DNA of 20,000 nt from Moniliella sp. 'wahieum' (taxonomy: Eukaryota). The notes under the pieces were generated by a model. It made no database searches, was not told the DNA's origin, and worked only from the letters and a program-made list of their open reading frames with translations. The stretch lies in assembly GCA_003971905.1 (NCBI GenBank), contig RSEE01000002.1, positions 1,299,583 through 1,319,582 of the forward strand, read 5' to 3'. This document shows, in pieces, positions 1 to 10,671 of this stretch; position 1 is the stretch's first letter, and every line of letters starts with the position of its first letter. The position numbers were made by a program, and so were the translations under genes.

Positions 1-70
1 CGGTGGAGGGGGATCTTCATGCTTTCCCACTTGATGCAGTATCGTTCTCCCAAATGGAACGGAAGGGGAA

Positions 71-1113
71 TTGTCTCCCGAGCACACACTTTTACTGGGC
101 GGGGAAAGGGTGCAAAGCTACTCTATCGGCTCCATTAATGGGCAGGCACGAATTGCATATGTGTCGCGATCTGACGTACGGCAATTGAACGTCATTCGCC
201 TCGGGTGGGCCAAAAGGGCTTTCCTTTCCTGGCATGCTTTGGCCCGAGGTGGCTTTCAACCATGTTGTGCGGTCCCTGCCCTTGGACCAGACGGGATCGG
301 ATGAGGGAAAGCCCACAGATCGGATCCCGCGCGTCCCCGAGTCCAATTTTTCCAGCCCGGACGCTTGGTGCTTATTGATGGTAGGACGAACACAACCCAC
401 CCGTCAGTTACTCCCCAAAGCTCATCCTGACATTTTAGGACCCCTCCCGTTCCGTGACAGCACTGATGAACGGATCATATCAACCATACGGAAACTCTGG
501 AAGAAATCAACATCGAAATTGAAGTGTGGGAGCGATGATACAATGCCAGGCACGCCTTCGAAATGCGACTGCCTCCCCCCTGTACATCAACAGCTGCACT
601 CGGGAAAGGTGAATCGCGTCCGACGCTGGGGGTGTATTCTCTTCAATCATTGGGGTACAACGAGCTCCGCATAGTTTACCGAGACTACTGCATTGTGGTT
701 CATCTTTCCGGCTGTGTGGCTCGTCCCGAGTCCGCATTCAAGTGGGAGGCACTCCAGATGAGGTAGCCTTTTTGCCCCCCTACATCATTGGCTTCCATTA
801 CAACGCTTTCAACGACCGTCCAGCGGTAACAGAGATCCACCATGCGGTGACGGGGTTCCTTTTGTATGCCGGCCAGCTCTTTCCGGCCAATGAGCGACTG
901 GTTTCCGGAGAAGTGAGCCCCCTTCCCAGCGGCATGTTCCAAGAGGATCAAACCCCTGACGAGGATGTGCAAGTGCCTCCTGTTCTGCTTGCCTCCCGAC
1001 TCTCATTCAACCGTCCTACTTTCGAGTGCTCACGCCTGCTCACATTGCCTCGCTGCTGGATTGATCGACTGTGTGGCCACACCCTCATTCAACCTTTCTT
1101 GGATGCTGTTTAG
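71..1113 (+). CDS. possible hypothetical protein (frameshifted, likely 5'-partial)
   Basis: Successive + strand frames give globular-looking peptides (SYSIGSINGQARIAYVSRSDVRQLNVIRLGW; LGVYSLQSLGYNELRIVYRDYCIVVHL; RVRIQVGGTPDEVAFLPPYIIGFHYNAF...HAVTGFLLYAGQLFP). Possible intron 381-438 (GTAGGA...CTGAC...TTTTAG). No family recognised. Confidence 0.25.
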
Positions 1114-1503
1114 TGTGCCTTCACCAGTCGGCATTGTAAACCCAGTCGGTTGCCATGCAAGGCTGAGGAGCTCGGATTGAATTCGGATTTTTGTTCTGCA
1201 TTCACCACAGGTAGCAGCCATAGGGATATGGATGATGAGAGAGCACACAGTTCCTTTCAAAACACCACGGTCACGGTCATAGGCATGATGCATCCCTGGT
1301 CAGAACGCCTTCAGCGCAACGTTGTATATTTCGAGAGGCATTTTTCATGCCATCCGCGACGCACCACTGGGCAGCTAGCTAGCTCCACGCTGTACTCCAT
1401 TCCAGCCTTGGCCACACGCGGCTGGAGGCGAGAAGGCGCCCAGCGCGGCTGGTTCCGGTTCCTGCCGGGGCCAACGGAATTCGATTCGGCAGGCCCGCAG
1501 GCC

Positions 1504-1593
1504 ATGCATGACGTCATGCATCATGGCTTGACGGTCATGCGACCAGTCACCGGTCACCGGTCACCCGCCCTACATGATGCATGACCGTCACCC
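1504..1593. repeat. nested palindrome / inverted-repeat cluster upstream of the patatin gene
   Basis: Perfect 18-bp palindrome ATGCATGACGTCATGCAT (1504-1521) centred on TGACGTCA; 12-bp inverted repeat TGACGGTCATGC (1529-1540) / GCATGACCGTCA (1579-1590); tandem GTCACCG units lie between the arms. Confidence 0.8.
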
Positions 1594-1797
1594 GCCTGGT
1601 TCTCCAGCGTCGTCGGCTGTCCCAGGTGAAAGCGCCTCTGAGATCTGACCGACGTTCGATCCCGCTTGAGCGATTGGCCGGTGGACAGCCGAGCGCTGAC
1701 GTCGGCGTGTGTTCTTCTCCCTGTGTGGACGCCTGCGGCCTCCACCCCATCAACCCCACCGTGCCCCGCGCCCCCCTCGCCCCCATCGCCTACCCCA

Positions 1798-4750
1798 ATG
1801 GCGGCGTCTCGTCTCGTCCGCGCCCGCGGATTCGCACCCACAGCAGCGCCACTCTCCTCGCCACCCTCCCCTGGATGTCTCCCCGCCCACCTACACCTAC
1901 TCCAACCGCCTCTACAAGGCCGGCGAGCTCCTCGATCCACTCCTCACTGCCACCTACGACGAGCCCGACAAGGTCCTGCTTTTGCCGAGGCGCTCAAGTA
2001 CGACGACCCCGCGTACGGTCTTGGCCAACACGACCCTAGCCCACCCACCTTGCTCGAAGACGCTGCCAGATACGCGGCTGAGGACAGGTCCGATGCTGCC
2101 GCTACGTCAAGCTTGTTGGCCCTGGAAGAGGAGCCTTCCCTACGCCGACGCACATCGCCTCGTACTTCCAGTCCAAGCGGTGGTAGTAAGCCGGGCCCGC
2201 GGCAGATCTTTGGCTTCCACCCGCCAGCAACAAGAAGAACAGCGACATGTTTTGTCTGCCGCTTCCGATTTTGCCCCCATCATGCAGCAGCTCCCCGACG
2301 GTAAGCGTAGCCATCGTCCTGCCAGATTGCAGGGCACCGACACAGGCCAAAGGGCCGGCCAACTCTACGCTTTGCTGCGTTGGCCTTTGTTGGCACTCGT
2401 CTTTGCCTGGATTGCGGTCTTGTTTTACGCCTATGTATTGACACGCCAAGCTGTTAATCTTGGCGAGTATCTATTGACGTGGCGTGGTCCCAAGCGTAAA
2501 CTCAGGGCCAAGCTGCGCCGGGCAAAGTCTGGGGCGAGTGATTTCCATTGCTCGTGAGATGGGACCAGCTTCTCGGCCTGGCTCGTGGAGGGAAAAGGGA
2601 CCTAGTGGGCTGTACGACTGGCTTTTGATCAAGAAGGTGACTCGCAGCCTGCGCTGTCCGTGAACGTGGCGATATCAACAATATCCTGGGTGTACTGGAC
2701 CTTTGTCTCCGCTCCAACTTTGCCGGCGTCGAAGGCTTCCGTCTGTACAGCGAGCCTACTTTGGCACCAAGCGCTTGATCGAGGATTACGTCGACGAAGT
2801 CGAGAGATCTCTGCGCTTTGTCGAGCATGCCGGACCGAACCTGATCTCACTTGAAAGCAAGCGCTCGTTTTACCGCGCGGTGCGGAAACGATTGGGTACC
2901 TCGGCTCTGTGCCTTTCGGGCGGAGCAAGTTTCGCCTACTACCACTTTGGCGTTGCTCGTGCGTTGCTCGATGCCGCGCTGCTACCCAAGGTGGTCACCG
3001 GTACTTCGGCCGGAGGCTTGGTGGCGCTTTGATCTGCACACGCCATGACCACGAGCTGGACCGTCTCCTCGTCCCCGAGCTGGCGGACCACATTACAGCC
3101 TGCGAGGAAAGCATCTTCACGTGGGGTCCACGTCTGTGGAAAGAGGGCTGCCGCTTTGACGCTCGTCTGTTTGCCGAAAGGCCCAATTTTTTACCTTGGG
3201 ATCACTCACCTTCCTCGAAGCATACCAGCGAACGGGAAAGATGCTCAACATCAGTGTCATTCCCTCGGATCGTAACAGCCCCGTTAAGCTCCTCAATTAC
3301 CACACTGCGCCAGACTGTGTGTTGGAGTGCCCTCTTGGCTTCAGCCGCGGTGCCTGGTGTGGTATGTCTGCCTCCGCTTTTACCTTTTCTTTTTTTACCC
3401 TTCAACGCAGCCGATACTGACCTTTGCGTACGTGCTTTGGAAGCTTCAACCGATTTGCCTCATGCAAAAGTCTCGTGCAGGCGATTTGAGTCCCATGAAC
3501 TGGGGCCATAGATTCAAGGATGGCTCGTTGCGCATGGACATTCCCCTTGCTGAGCTTCAATCGATGGGAGTCAACTATCCGATCGTGTCCCAAGCCAACC
3601 CCACGTACACCTGTTCTTCTTTGCGCCTCGGGGCATGCCTGGCCGACCTGTCGCCCATCGTAAGGGTCGAGGATGGCGGGGTGGCTTCCTCCTCGCTGCG
3701 CTGGAACATTTTCTAAAACTTCAGCTGAGTTTGTCCTTCCAGTTTCTTAAGGACCTTGACATTCTCCCTCAGGTGCGGGGCAAGACTGGAGCTCTGCCTT
3801 CTCCAGTCGTTTGGAGGGACCGTGACCATCTGGCCCAAGACGCGCGTATGGGACTGGCCTCGGATTCTGACTGACCCGGACCGGGCCGAGATGCTGCGTC
3901 TCTTGTCGGTTGGACAGAGTGTCACGTTCCCCAAGTTGGTACGTTGGGTTTCCTGTGGTTTGTCTTGCGGGCGCTGACTTGATTGTATCCCTCGTTCAAG
4001 ACATGATTGAGAACCGTATGCGCATCGAGCGAGCCGTGGAGAACATTCGTCGCACCGTGCACCACGAACTCAAGCGCGCCCGCGCCATCTCGAGTGGTCA
4101 CAACCTTGCCGTCGAAGCAGGGATTGAGCGCGCCGTGGTTTCCGGCATTGGAAGGGCTTTGGCCATGTACCAAAATCACGAACCTTTGACTGATACCGAT
4201 GGCGAGTTGGACGGTTCGGACCCGGCTCATGGCTCACGCCATGTCGCAGGCCGATCCCTTCGGTATTCATCGGTCGTGTTCAATGGCCGCCCCAGCTCGT
4301 CAGGCCGAGGCCACTCGTCTCCCCTGGCTGCCCGCCGGACTTGACTGAACCCAGCCACCCCGCAATGTCGCCGCCCAAATCCCGCTCTCACGCATCCGAC
4401 GTGCGGCGGCTGCCTCGGACCACGAGTCTACTGGCGACGAACACTACGTCTCGGCTGCGGATCCCGAGGAGGTCAAGGAGAGAAACGAGCACGACTCCGA
4501 CCACGACCTCGACCCCGACCCGGAGCACATGGAAGACGAGGCTCCTTTGACGGCTGCCTTACTGGCCCAACCGCATCATGACGCTCAGCCGCCATCGCGG
4601 ACCCCCGTGCTTGCCAGTGCCGACCTCACCCTCACCCTGCCCTACATCACTCCGTTTGCCAGCCGAGGCACCATCAGCCAGGACCGCAGCGTCCCCACCC
4701 CGCCTTGGCTGACCGAAGACGAGTCGGATTCGGATGGTTCGACAGCCTAA
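1798..4750 (+). CDS. patatin-like phospholipase / triacylglycerol lipase (TGL3/TGL4/TGL5-like, DUF3336 + patatin); frameshifted in this assembly, start uncertain
   Basis: Joining frames gives LSAASDFAP, a TM segment (LLRWPLLALVFAWIAVLFYAYVLTRQ), YDWLLIKKV...NFAGVEGFRLYSE.YFGTK, oxyanion motif ALCLSGGASFAYYHFGV (~2903-2953), nucleophile GTSAG (3000-3014), LTFLEAYQRTGKMLNISV, WSALLASAAVPG, catalytic FKDGSLRMDIP, and PKL.MIENR. Introns 3362-3443 (GTATGT..CTGAC..AAG) and 3939-4000 (GTACGT..GCTGAC..CAAG). Stop TAA at 4748-4750. Confidence 0.9.
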
Positions 4751-5322
4751 CTTATCTCTCTTTTTCCTTTCTTTTTCTTTTCCTGTTCCTGTTCTGTTCC
4801 TGTTCCCTTTCAGCCTCCCGTGCTGTTCGCTTCCTTTGCCAAGCCAATGGCGTGTGACGCTTGACGGGCGTTTCTCCCCCCTTTCTCCTGACCGCACCTG
4901 TCCACCCAGGTGCTTAGGACAACGCAGTCCTTCACTTCGTCTCCTGTCTCATTCGTTTCATGGGAACCAGCTCCCTACGGGACGCCTTGAACCCCCCCCC
5001 CCCTCCCCCAGTTCTGTTTGACGTTTAGCAACACGCCTGAAATTCACGATTTTGATTCAATGCGTTGGTTGGTTTGCAGTAGAATGCGCACCCACAGCCT
5101 GCAGCACAAGCAGGGCCGGGGCAAACGGAAGCGGAAGGTGGTACTGGTGCTGAGAGGCTGCAGAGGTGTTGGGGGCATGGTGTTACGGGTGCAGAGTATC
5201 GAAAGAGATCATGGATCGGATCATCGGGCGGCAGAAATGGGTGCGTGTGGGTGGAACCCAAAAAAACACTTGGGAGAAAACATCGGTCGGTACGAATGCG
5301 AGCCGGACTCATATCTCAGATC

Positions 5323-6387
5323 TCAGAGCCCTGCGGGGGCCGGATGGGTCTGGCGCCAATGTTCGGCAATTTGAGAGCGGGTGGCCACCCAGACGCCCTC
5401 ATGTTTCTGGATGTAATCCAGAAACGCAACCAGGCCCGGGAACCGGCCAGGGCGCCCAATCACACGGCAGTGCAGGCCAATGCTCATCATCTTTGGCTCC
5501 CCTTCTCGCCCTCGGCATAGAGCGTGTCAAACGCGTTCTTGAGGTACTCGTAAAAGGGCGTAGCACCACTGAACCCAGGCGCCTGCGCAAATTTCATGTC
5601 ATTGTTGTCCAACGTGTAGGAATCACCAACAGCGGCGGCGACTTTTCCGTCCGCGAGGTGAGGGGCTTTTGACCCAGTAGGGTAGGTCCTCGTCATCTGG
5701 GAAAAGAAAGTAAGGGTGAGTTAGGATCTGGTTTGTTCTGGAGTAGGGACTGCGGGGGGACAACGAGGAAGAGGGAACGAGGACGTACAGGCATCACTGT
5801 CGTAGTACTTGTCTAGCAAACCGAGTTGACGGTACTTTTCATACACGATGCGACGTGTCTGGAGCGACTGACGGCCAGTGTACCATCCCAGCGGCACCGT
5901 TCCCGCGAAGAAGCTTTGGAGAGAGCGGCAATGGTAAGGTCGACATGTTCCCGCTCTTCCTGTTCGGGCGTTTGCCAATAGTCAATCCAGCGGTACGAAT
6001 GCGAGCCCACCTCACACCCGGCATCTTCCATCGCATCCACCACGGCCGGGTTCAACTCGACTGCGCGTCCGATGGCCCAGGAGGTAAACACCAAACTGCG
6101 TTCTTTGAACAGGTTGAGGATGCGCCAAAAGCCACGGTGGGCACCGTACTCGTACCCACTCTCGACGCACAAGTTACGGCCGTCGCGCGACGCGCCCGTA
6201 GCGCCCGACTCGGACAGGAACGCCTCGCTGTGCTCGTCGCCATTGAGCACCGTGTGCTCGCCGCCTTCCTCGTAGTGAGCACAAACGAGTGCACCCTTGG
6301 CGCCGCCGGGCACTGGGCGTTGGGCAGGTGCGGGCCGTAGCCGACCATGTCGCGCGTGGCGTGGTCGAGAAGCGCGGGGGCAGACAT
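5323..6387 (-). CDS. puuE: polysaccharide deacetylase (CE4) family protein of the PuuE/SpCda1 subfamily, probable allantoinase
   Basis: MSAPALLDHATRDMVGYG...YEEGGE...ESGYEYGAHRGFWRILNLF...AVELNP...SHSYRWIDY...GWYTGR...DSDAY|DEDLPYW...YTLDNNDMKF...AFDTLYAEG...MMSIGLHCRVIGRPGRF...WVATRSQIAEHW. Intron 5697-5788 (GTACGT..CTAAC..CAG) restores DAYDEDLPYW. Stop TGA at 5323-5325. Confidence 0.88.
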
Positions 6388-6436
6388 GGATGTGGATGTG
6401 GGGTGGGGGCAACGGTGGAGGCGAGGGAAGAGAGGG

Positions 6437-6460
6437 TGGAGGTGGAGGTGGAGGTGGAGG
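6437..6460. repeat. (GGAGGT)n microsatellite in the 5' region of the puuE-like gene
   Basis: Direct tandem hexamers visible in the sequence. Confidence 0.75.
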
Positions 6461-6971
6461 GGTGGGGGTGGGGAAGGAGGGCAAGGCAGAAGGCACAGGG
6501 GGCCGTCAGGACAGCCTGCCTGGCCCACGGTACTCTTAAGCTGCATCCAGCAGCTTCGTATCGCCTGCCCATTGGATCGGTGCAAGCAGCGGCGTGAGTC
6601 AGTGATAACGACGCGCCCACTGCATCGGCAGGGGGGCAGCGCAACGTTCGCTCGCATCGCCCAGCGCTTGCGCGGAAGCGTTCCGCGCGCCACAGCTAGG
6701 GTTGGCTGTGTCCCTCGGGTCCCTGCCTGCGTCCCCGTGCCCACAAGTGGTTCAAGTGTTGCTTCCTCGAGATCTTCTGGGATCTGATCATCGCAAAGCT
6801 TCAAGCTTCACTTCAAGCTTCAGGGCAACGCCCCAGGCCTCAGGCTGAGGCCCCACCCGGCCCGGCCCGGGCGCACCCGAGCGGGACCGAGCTTGGGCAC
6901 CTTGCCGGAGGTCCGTCTCCAGGTGGGCTGGCGTCTGCAACGATGCTCCCGACTGCTCCCGACTGCGCCAG

Positions 6972-6994
6972 ATGGATGGATGGATGGATGGATG
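6972..6994. repeat. (GATG)n microsatellite
   Basis: gatggatggatggatggatggatgg. Confidence 0.8.
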
Positions 6995-7180
6995 GGATGT
7001 GGGGCAAACCATAGGCTTTTGATGGCTACAAGTTAACCACGCCTCTGCCTCCGCTGGGAACTCTTTTCTGCGGTTGGGGCGTCCCCTCCCTGTGGAAGAG
7101 AGAGGTGGCACGCCAACCTTCCTAGGCTTTTGCCGTGCGCTTCCGCATGCCCTGGCGCGTAGTCGACGTGCGCGATACAT

Positions 7181-8397
7181 GCCCGGCCACCAATCCACAT
7201 CGTACCTGCAGTGGTCGTAGGCGATGAGCTTGGTAAGCGCCGTGCGGGTCGGTCCGTCCCAACTGGTGTACGTGGGGCCGATGGAACTGGTGACGATGAG
7301 CGAGGATGCAGGCACATTCGAGCTAAACGGCATCATCGACGCCGGCGCGGTTGCTGTCCCATGTGGAATACGCCAATTAACACAGTCTTTTCAGCCAACT
7401 CAACGCGCAAGTGGTTGGTCGCCCCTCGCGCTCGTCGCCCGCGCGACGGCGCGACGATGCGTTGATAAGCGATAAAGCGCGGCGCGATTCTTCCCTGACC
7501 TCGCCCCCCCGTGCGTGCCGGCCTACTGCTCGTTCCGACTGATCTCTCAAAAATCCCAAGCGCGCCCCGGCCGACGAGACGAAACCACTCTCGCGGTCAG
7601 AGAAAAGTATGCAACCCAACGCTCGCCGCCGCAAGGGAAGAGGATTGCTGGGTACTGGAACTGTAGTGGTTGGCCGCCGCCACGGCAGCTGCGGCTGCTT
7701 CTCGGGCCCGGCACGGGCACCGCCTGTGCCAGGAAAGGTAGGCGCAGAGAGAGCGTCGAAGGCTGGAAAGCAAGTCTGTCGCTGGGTACGGGTACGGGTG
7801 TGGGTACGGGTGGGACTCATCGGCCAGCAGCGGCGTCTCCGCTTGGCTGTATACTGGTGGCAAGGGTCAGCTCTACCAAGCCACCTCAAACAAAACATGT
7901 AATAGCCTAATAGGAGGTGGCAAGAAAAGAGGAAGGAGGAAGAGGAAGGAGGAAGGAGGAAGGAGAAGGAGGAAGGAGGAAGGAGGAGGAGGAAGGAGGA
8001 GGGAGGAAGGAGGAGGGAGGGGTAGCACTCCCATCAGGGCCCACTTCGGGCCCAACAATCTGCACTCAGTTGGGAACTCTTCAAAGGAACTTCCGATGGC
8101 CAAGCACCCCATCTCTGGTTTGGGACGGTGATGCGACCGTCCTCAGCGGCTAGCGCGGCGGCGCAGGTCACCCGAGTCAGGAGCGTTGGTAGAAGAAGAT
8201 GGGTGTTGGCCCGTCCGGTCAGTTGGAGAAGTCAGTGTTGAAGCACAAATGATGAGCGACGAGGACTAGGCCAGCGAGTAGAACGGTCCTGGGGGAGGGA
8301 ATAGGACGAGGGCGGGAGAACGGAAAAGAGAAAGTGTGGAGCCGAGCGCAAGAAAAAAAAGCGCACATGGCGCTTGGTACTCCACGAGCGGAGCCAT
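7181..8397 (-). pseudogene. DCAF7: truncated, degenerate DCAF7/WDR68 (yeast YPL247C, plant TTG1/AN11) WD40-protein gene
   Basis: ATG 8397, intron 8289-8366, reading MAPLVEYQAP*PFYSLA*S (cf. DCAF7 YEAPWTVYAMNWS); LAIGSSFEEF-N*VQIVG (cf. LALGSFVEEYNNKVQLVG); after an acceptor at 7854, LLADESHPYP..PYPATDL (cf. DHPYPTTKL); then LIVTSSIGPTYTSWD..TALTKLIAYDHCRYDVDW (cf. TSSIDTTCTIW..KTQLIAHDKEVYDIAF). I could not find the downstream SVGADGS/FDLR/HSTIIYE blades. Confidence 0.8.
7922..8021. repeat. purine-rich (GGA/GAA)n low-complexity tract
   Basis: About 100 nt made almost only of G and A on + (polypyrimidine on -), inside the probable second intron of the DCAF7 relic. Confidence 0.85.
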
Positions 8398-8429
8398 GAA
8401 GGCCGTCGGGGGAGGTCCTTTGGTTGTTA

Positions 8430-9990
8430 CGGGTCACTGCGGGCTGGTTCGTCTACACAATCCATCTACTCCGTCGCACCTAAACCGAACATGCTTCTTT
8501 CGATCAGGGCGACCAAGGTCGAGTCCCTCTCGTACTGCCACTGAGGAATCCGTGCGTGAGCTTTGAGTCCCGACTGATTTTTGTTCTACTCTAAGTATTT
8601 GGGCTTTGGTCTTGTGCACAAGAAGTGAGCTCGAAGTTGAGCAGCCGGATCTGGACGTCAGTTTCCTGATCTGGGCGTCTCGTTTTCGTCGTGAGATCCT
8701 GAGTCCCCTCTTGCCTTTTACCTTTTTGCAGAGGGCAGAGAACCAGCCATTATTTTTCGCCTTTTTCGTGAGTGGCCATACCTGTTCCTAGGGAACCTTT
8801 CCCTACTTGATTTGTGCTCCTTTAAGAGCCATTCGCATCTATTCCTTCCTCTTTCTGCATAGTACGTTGCGTCCATAAAGTCTCTGTCTGTATAGCCTTT
8901 TTTCTATGTTTTCCCCTAGCGGGTCATTTGGTCACAATGCATCCTTTACGAATCCATCCTTGACCCACCAGAGACAACACCCGTGCTATTCCCTAGCTCA
9001 CCAGCAGTCCCACCGACGCGCTGCAGGGACTACCTCTTGGTCCTCCCGAACCCCTCCGTCCAGGCATCTATTGCCGTCGATCTCCCTCCCACTTTCAATC
9101 TCCTCTGTGCGAGTCCCGCGGCGATCCTACAAGAGCTGATTGTTCTGAGGCAGGCCTGTCCGACCCTGTTTTTTCAGCGTCAACCTTCCATCCAACCTTG
9201 CAAGGCTCTGCGTCTACATGCACGCTAGTCCTGCTTTCTGGTGCATACACCTCCTTGCCCCGCGAGCCAACGCCCAATTGAGAGGCCTCACCTCGTCTCC
9301 ATCAGCTCGTTCGAGTCCGCTAATAGCGTCCAAGCTCTCGAAAAACCGTGAGTGGACTCTCCTCTAATGGAAAGCACCCCTAAACCGTGGGTTGGGCTTC
9401 AATTCGGGGCCCGCAACATGACATTGGGCGCGTGGCTGCTGCTGGTGCTGCTGGTGCTGCTGGTGCTGCTGGTGCTGCTGGTGCTGCTGGTGCTGCTGGT
9501 GCTACTGATGCTGCTGGTGCTGCTGTGCTGGCTCTGGTTCAGCACCAGCAAACAGAGGGGGGTGTTGGGACACTAGTGCAGTGAGCAAGGATGAGCCAGA
9601 CTCTCGCTTTCCTCTCACTCTCTTGCACTCCCTCCTCCCTCTCCGGTACTCTGTACTATCGCTCGCTGGCAATCAATACTCAAAAACCCTATCTGGGCCT
9701 ATGACTAGGACTATTGACCCAGGTCATATTGATGTTGACCTCCTGCTTTTGATTGCCTGTTCGCTTCGGATTGGGATCTGGTCGCTGACCGGTCCCCGGT
9801 CCCATCAGGAACCAGGGGGTGGAAGGACGTGGATCGGGAGGACAGGGGTAGGAAATTGCCCAGGCGCTTTTCCCAAGGTGCCGCGGCTGTGACGGTGACT
9901 GGTTCCCGGTTCCTGCGCAGCGCTTTGCTGACTGCGTTGGGCTTATCAGGACGAACAGGTGGCAGACGGGAGGTGGATCCAGCCATGCGG
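8430..9990 (-). pseudogene. possible degenerate coding relic (unidentified gene or transposon)
   Basis: Minus-strand peptide-like text interrupted by TAG/TGA/TAA, e.g. GQ*S*S*AQ at 9699-9713, where TAG>CAG gives QQSQSQAQ. Contains an (APA)n-coding minisatellite. No domain recognised. Confidence 0.3.
9435..9525. repeat. 9-bp minisatellite (GCTGCTGGT)n, about 9-10 copies
   Basis: Tandem GCTGCTGGT with one variant unit GCTACTGAT (9501-9509) carrying two G>A changes. Confidence 0.9.
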
Positions 9991-10671
9991 CATGCTCGAC
10001 CACCGACCACTCGATCACTCTGGGGCGTCGATGATTCATGATTGGGGGTGATGCGACGGTGCCGCTGGGAGGGCTGGGCAAGGCCGATCAGGGCAGGCGG
10101 CAGGGTGCATGTGCGGCCGTGCGTTCGACAGCCAGGGCCGGCCGGCGCGAAGCGCTGCCAAGCCACCGCCTTGCACATGCAGCCCAGGGTGCACAGGCGC
10201 GCCCTGGCGCACCACAGCACACCAAAGCACACAGCACGCACGCCGCAGCCGCGCCAGCCGGCCGGAGGGACCGAGGATTTGGGTGTGATGCAAGCGACGT
10301 GGGACGTGTGACTGGTGTCGCAGCCAGCCGGGCGCTGCCGCGGCCAAACACCAGACACCAGCACCCCCTCTGAGTAAGCGCAGACCCAGCAGCCCGCCTG
10401 TGTCGCCCTCGGGCCCCACGCGCAGCCACACGCTGGCCCCCCACCCACACTGTCCCACTGCCCCCGCTCCCAAATCCGATTTGGGGTATATTCCTCCCAG
10501 CGCCCCCCACCGCCGATCCTTCAAGCTTCACCCTTCCCTCCCTCACCGCCAACGCCCAGCCGGCACACCATCGCCGCCTTCCCCATCCGTCGGTCCCCTC
10601 CTCCCCCTCCGCCACCAGCCCCCCCCCTCCTTCCTCCTTGGCACGCCAGCGGAACAGCCGCCCCCACCGCC

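Noticed and set aside
1..1500. Retrotransposon or transposase remnant
   Set aside because: No RT, integrase or DDE motifs were recognisable in the frames I read.
2530..2612. Intron in the lipase after KLRRAKS
   Set aside because: The segment reads as conserved coding sequence (WGEW..IAREMDQLLG..W.....GLYDW) once indels are allowed; no good donor or branch site.
9352..9584. ORFs encoding (LLV)n or (AAG)n as membrane or antifreeze-like peptides
   Set aside because: They are simply translations of the 9-bp minisatellite.
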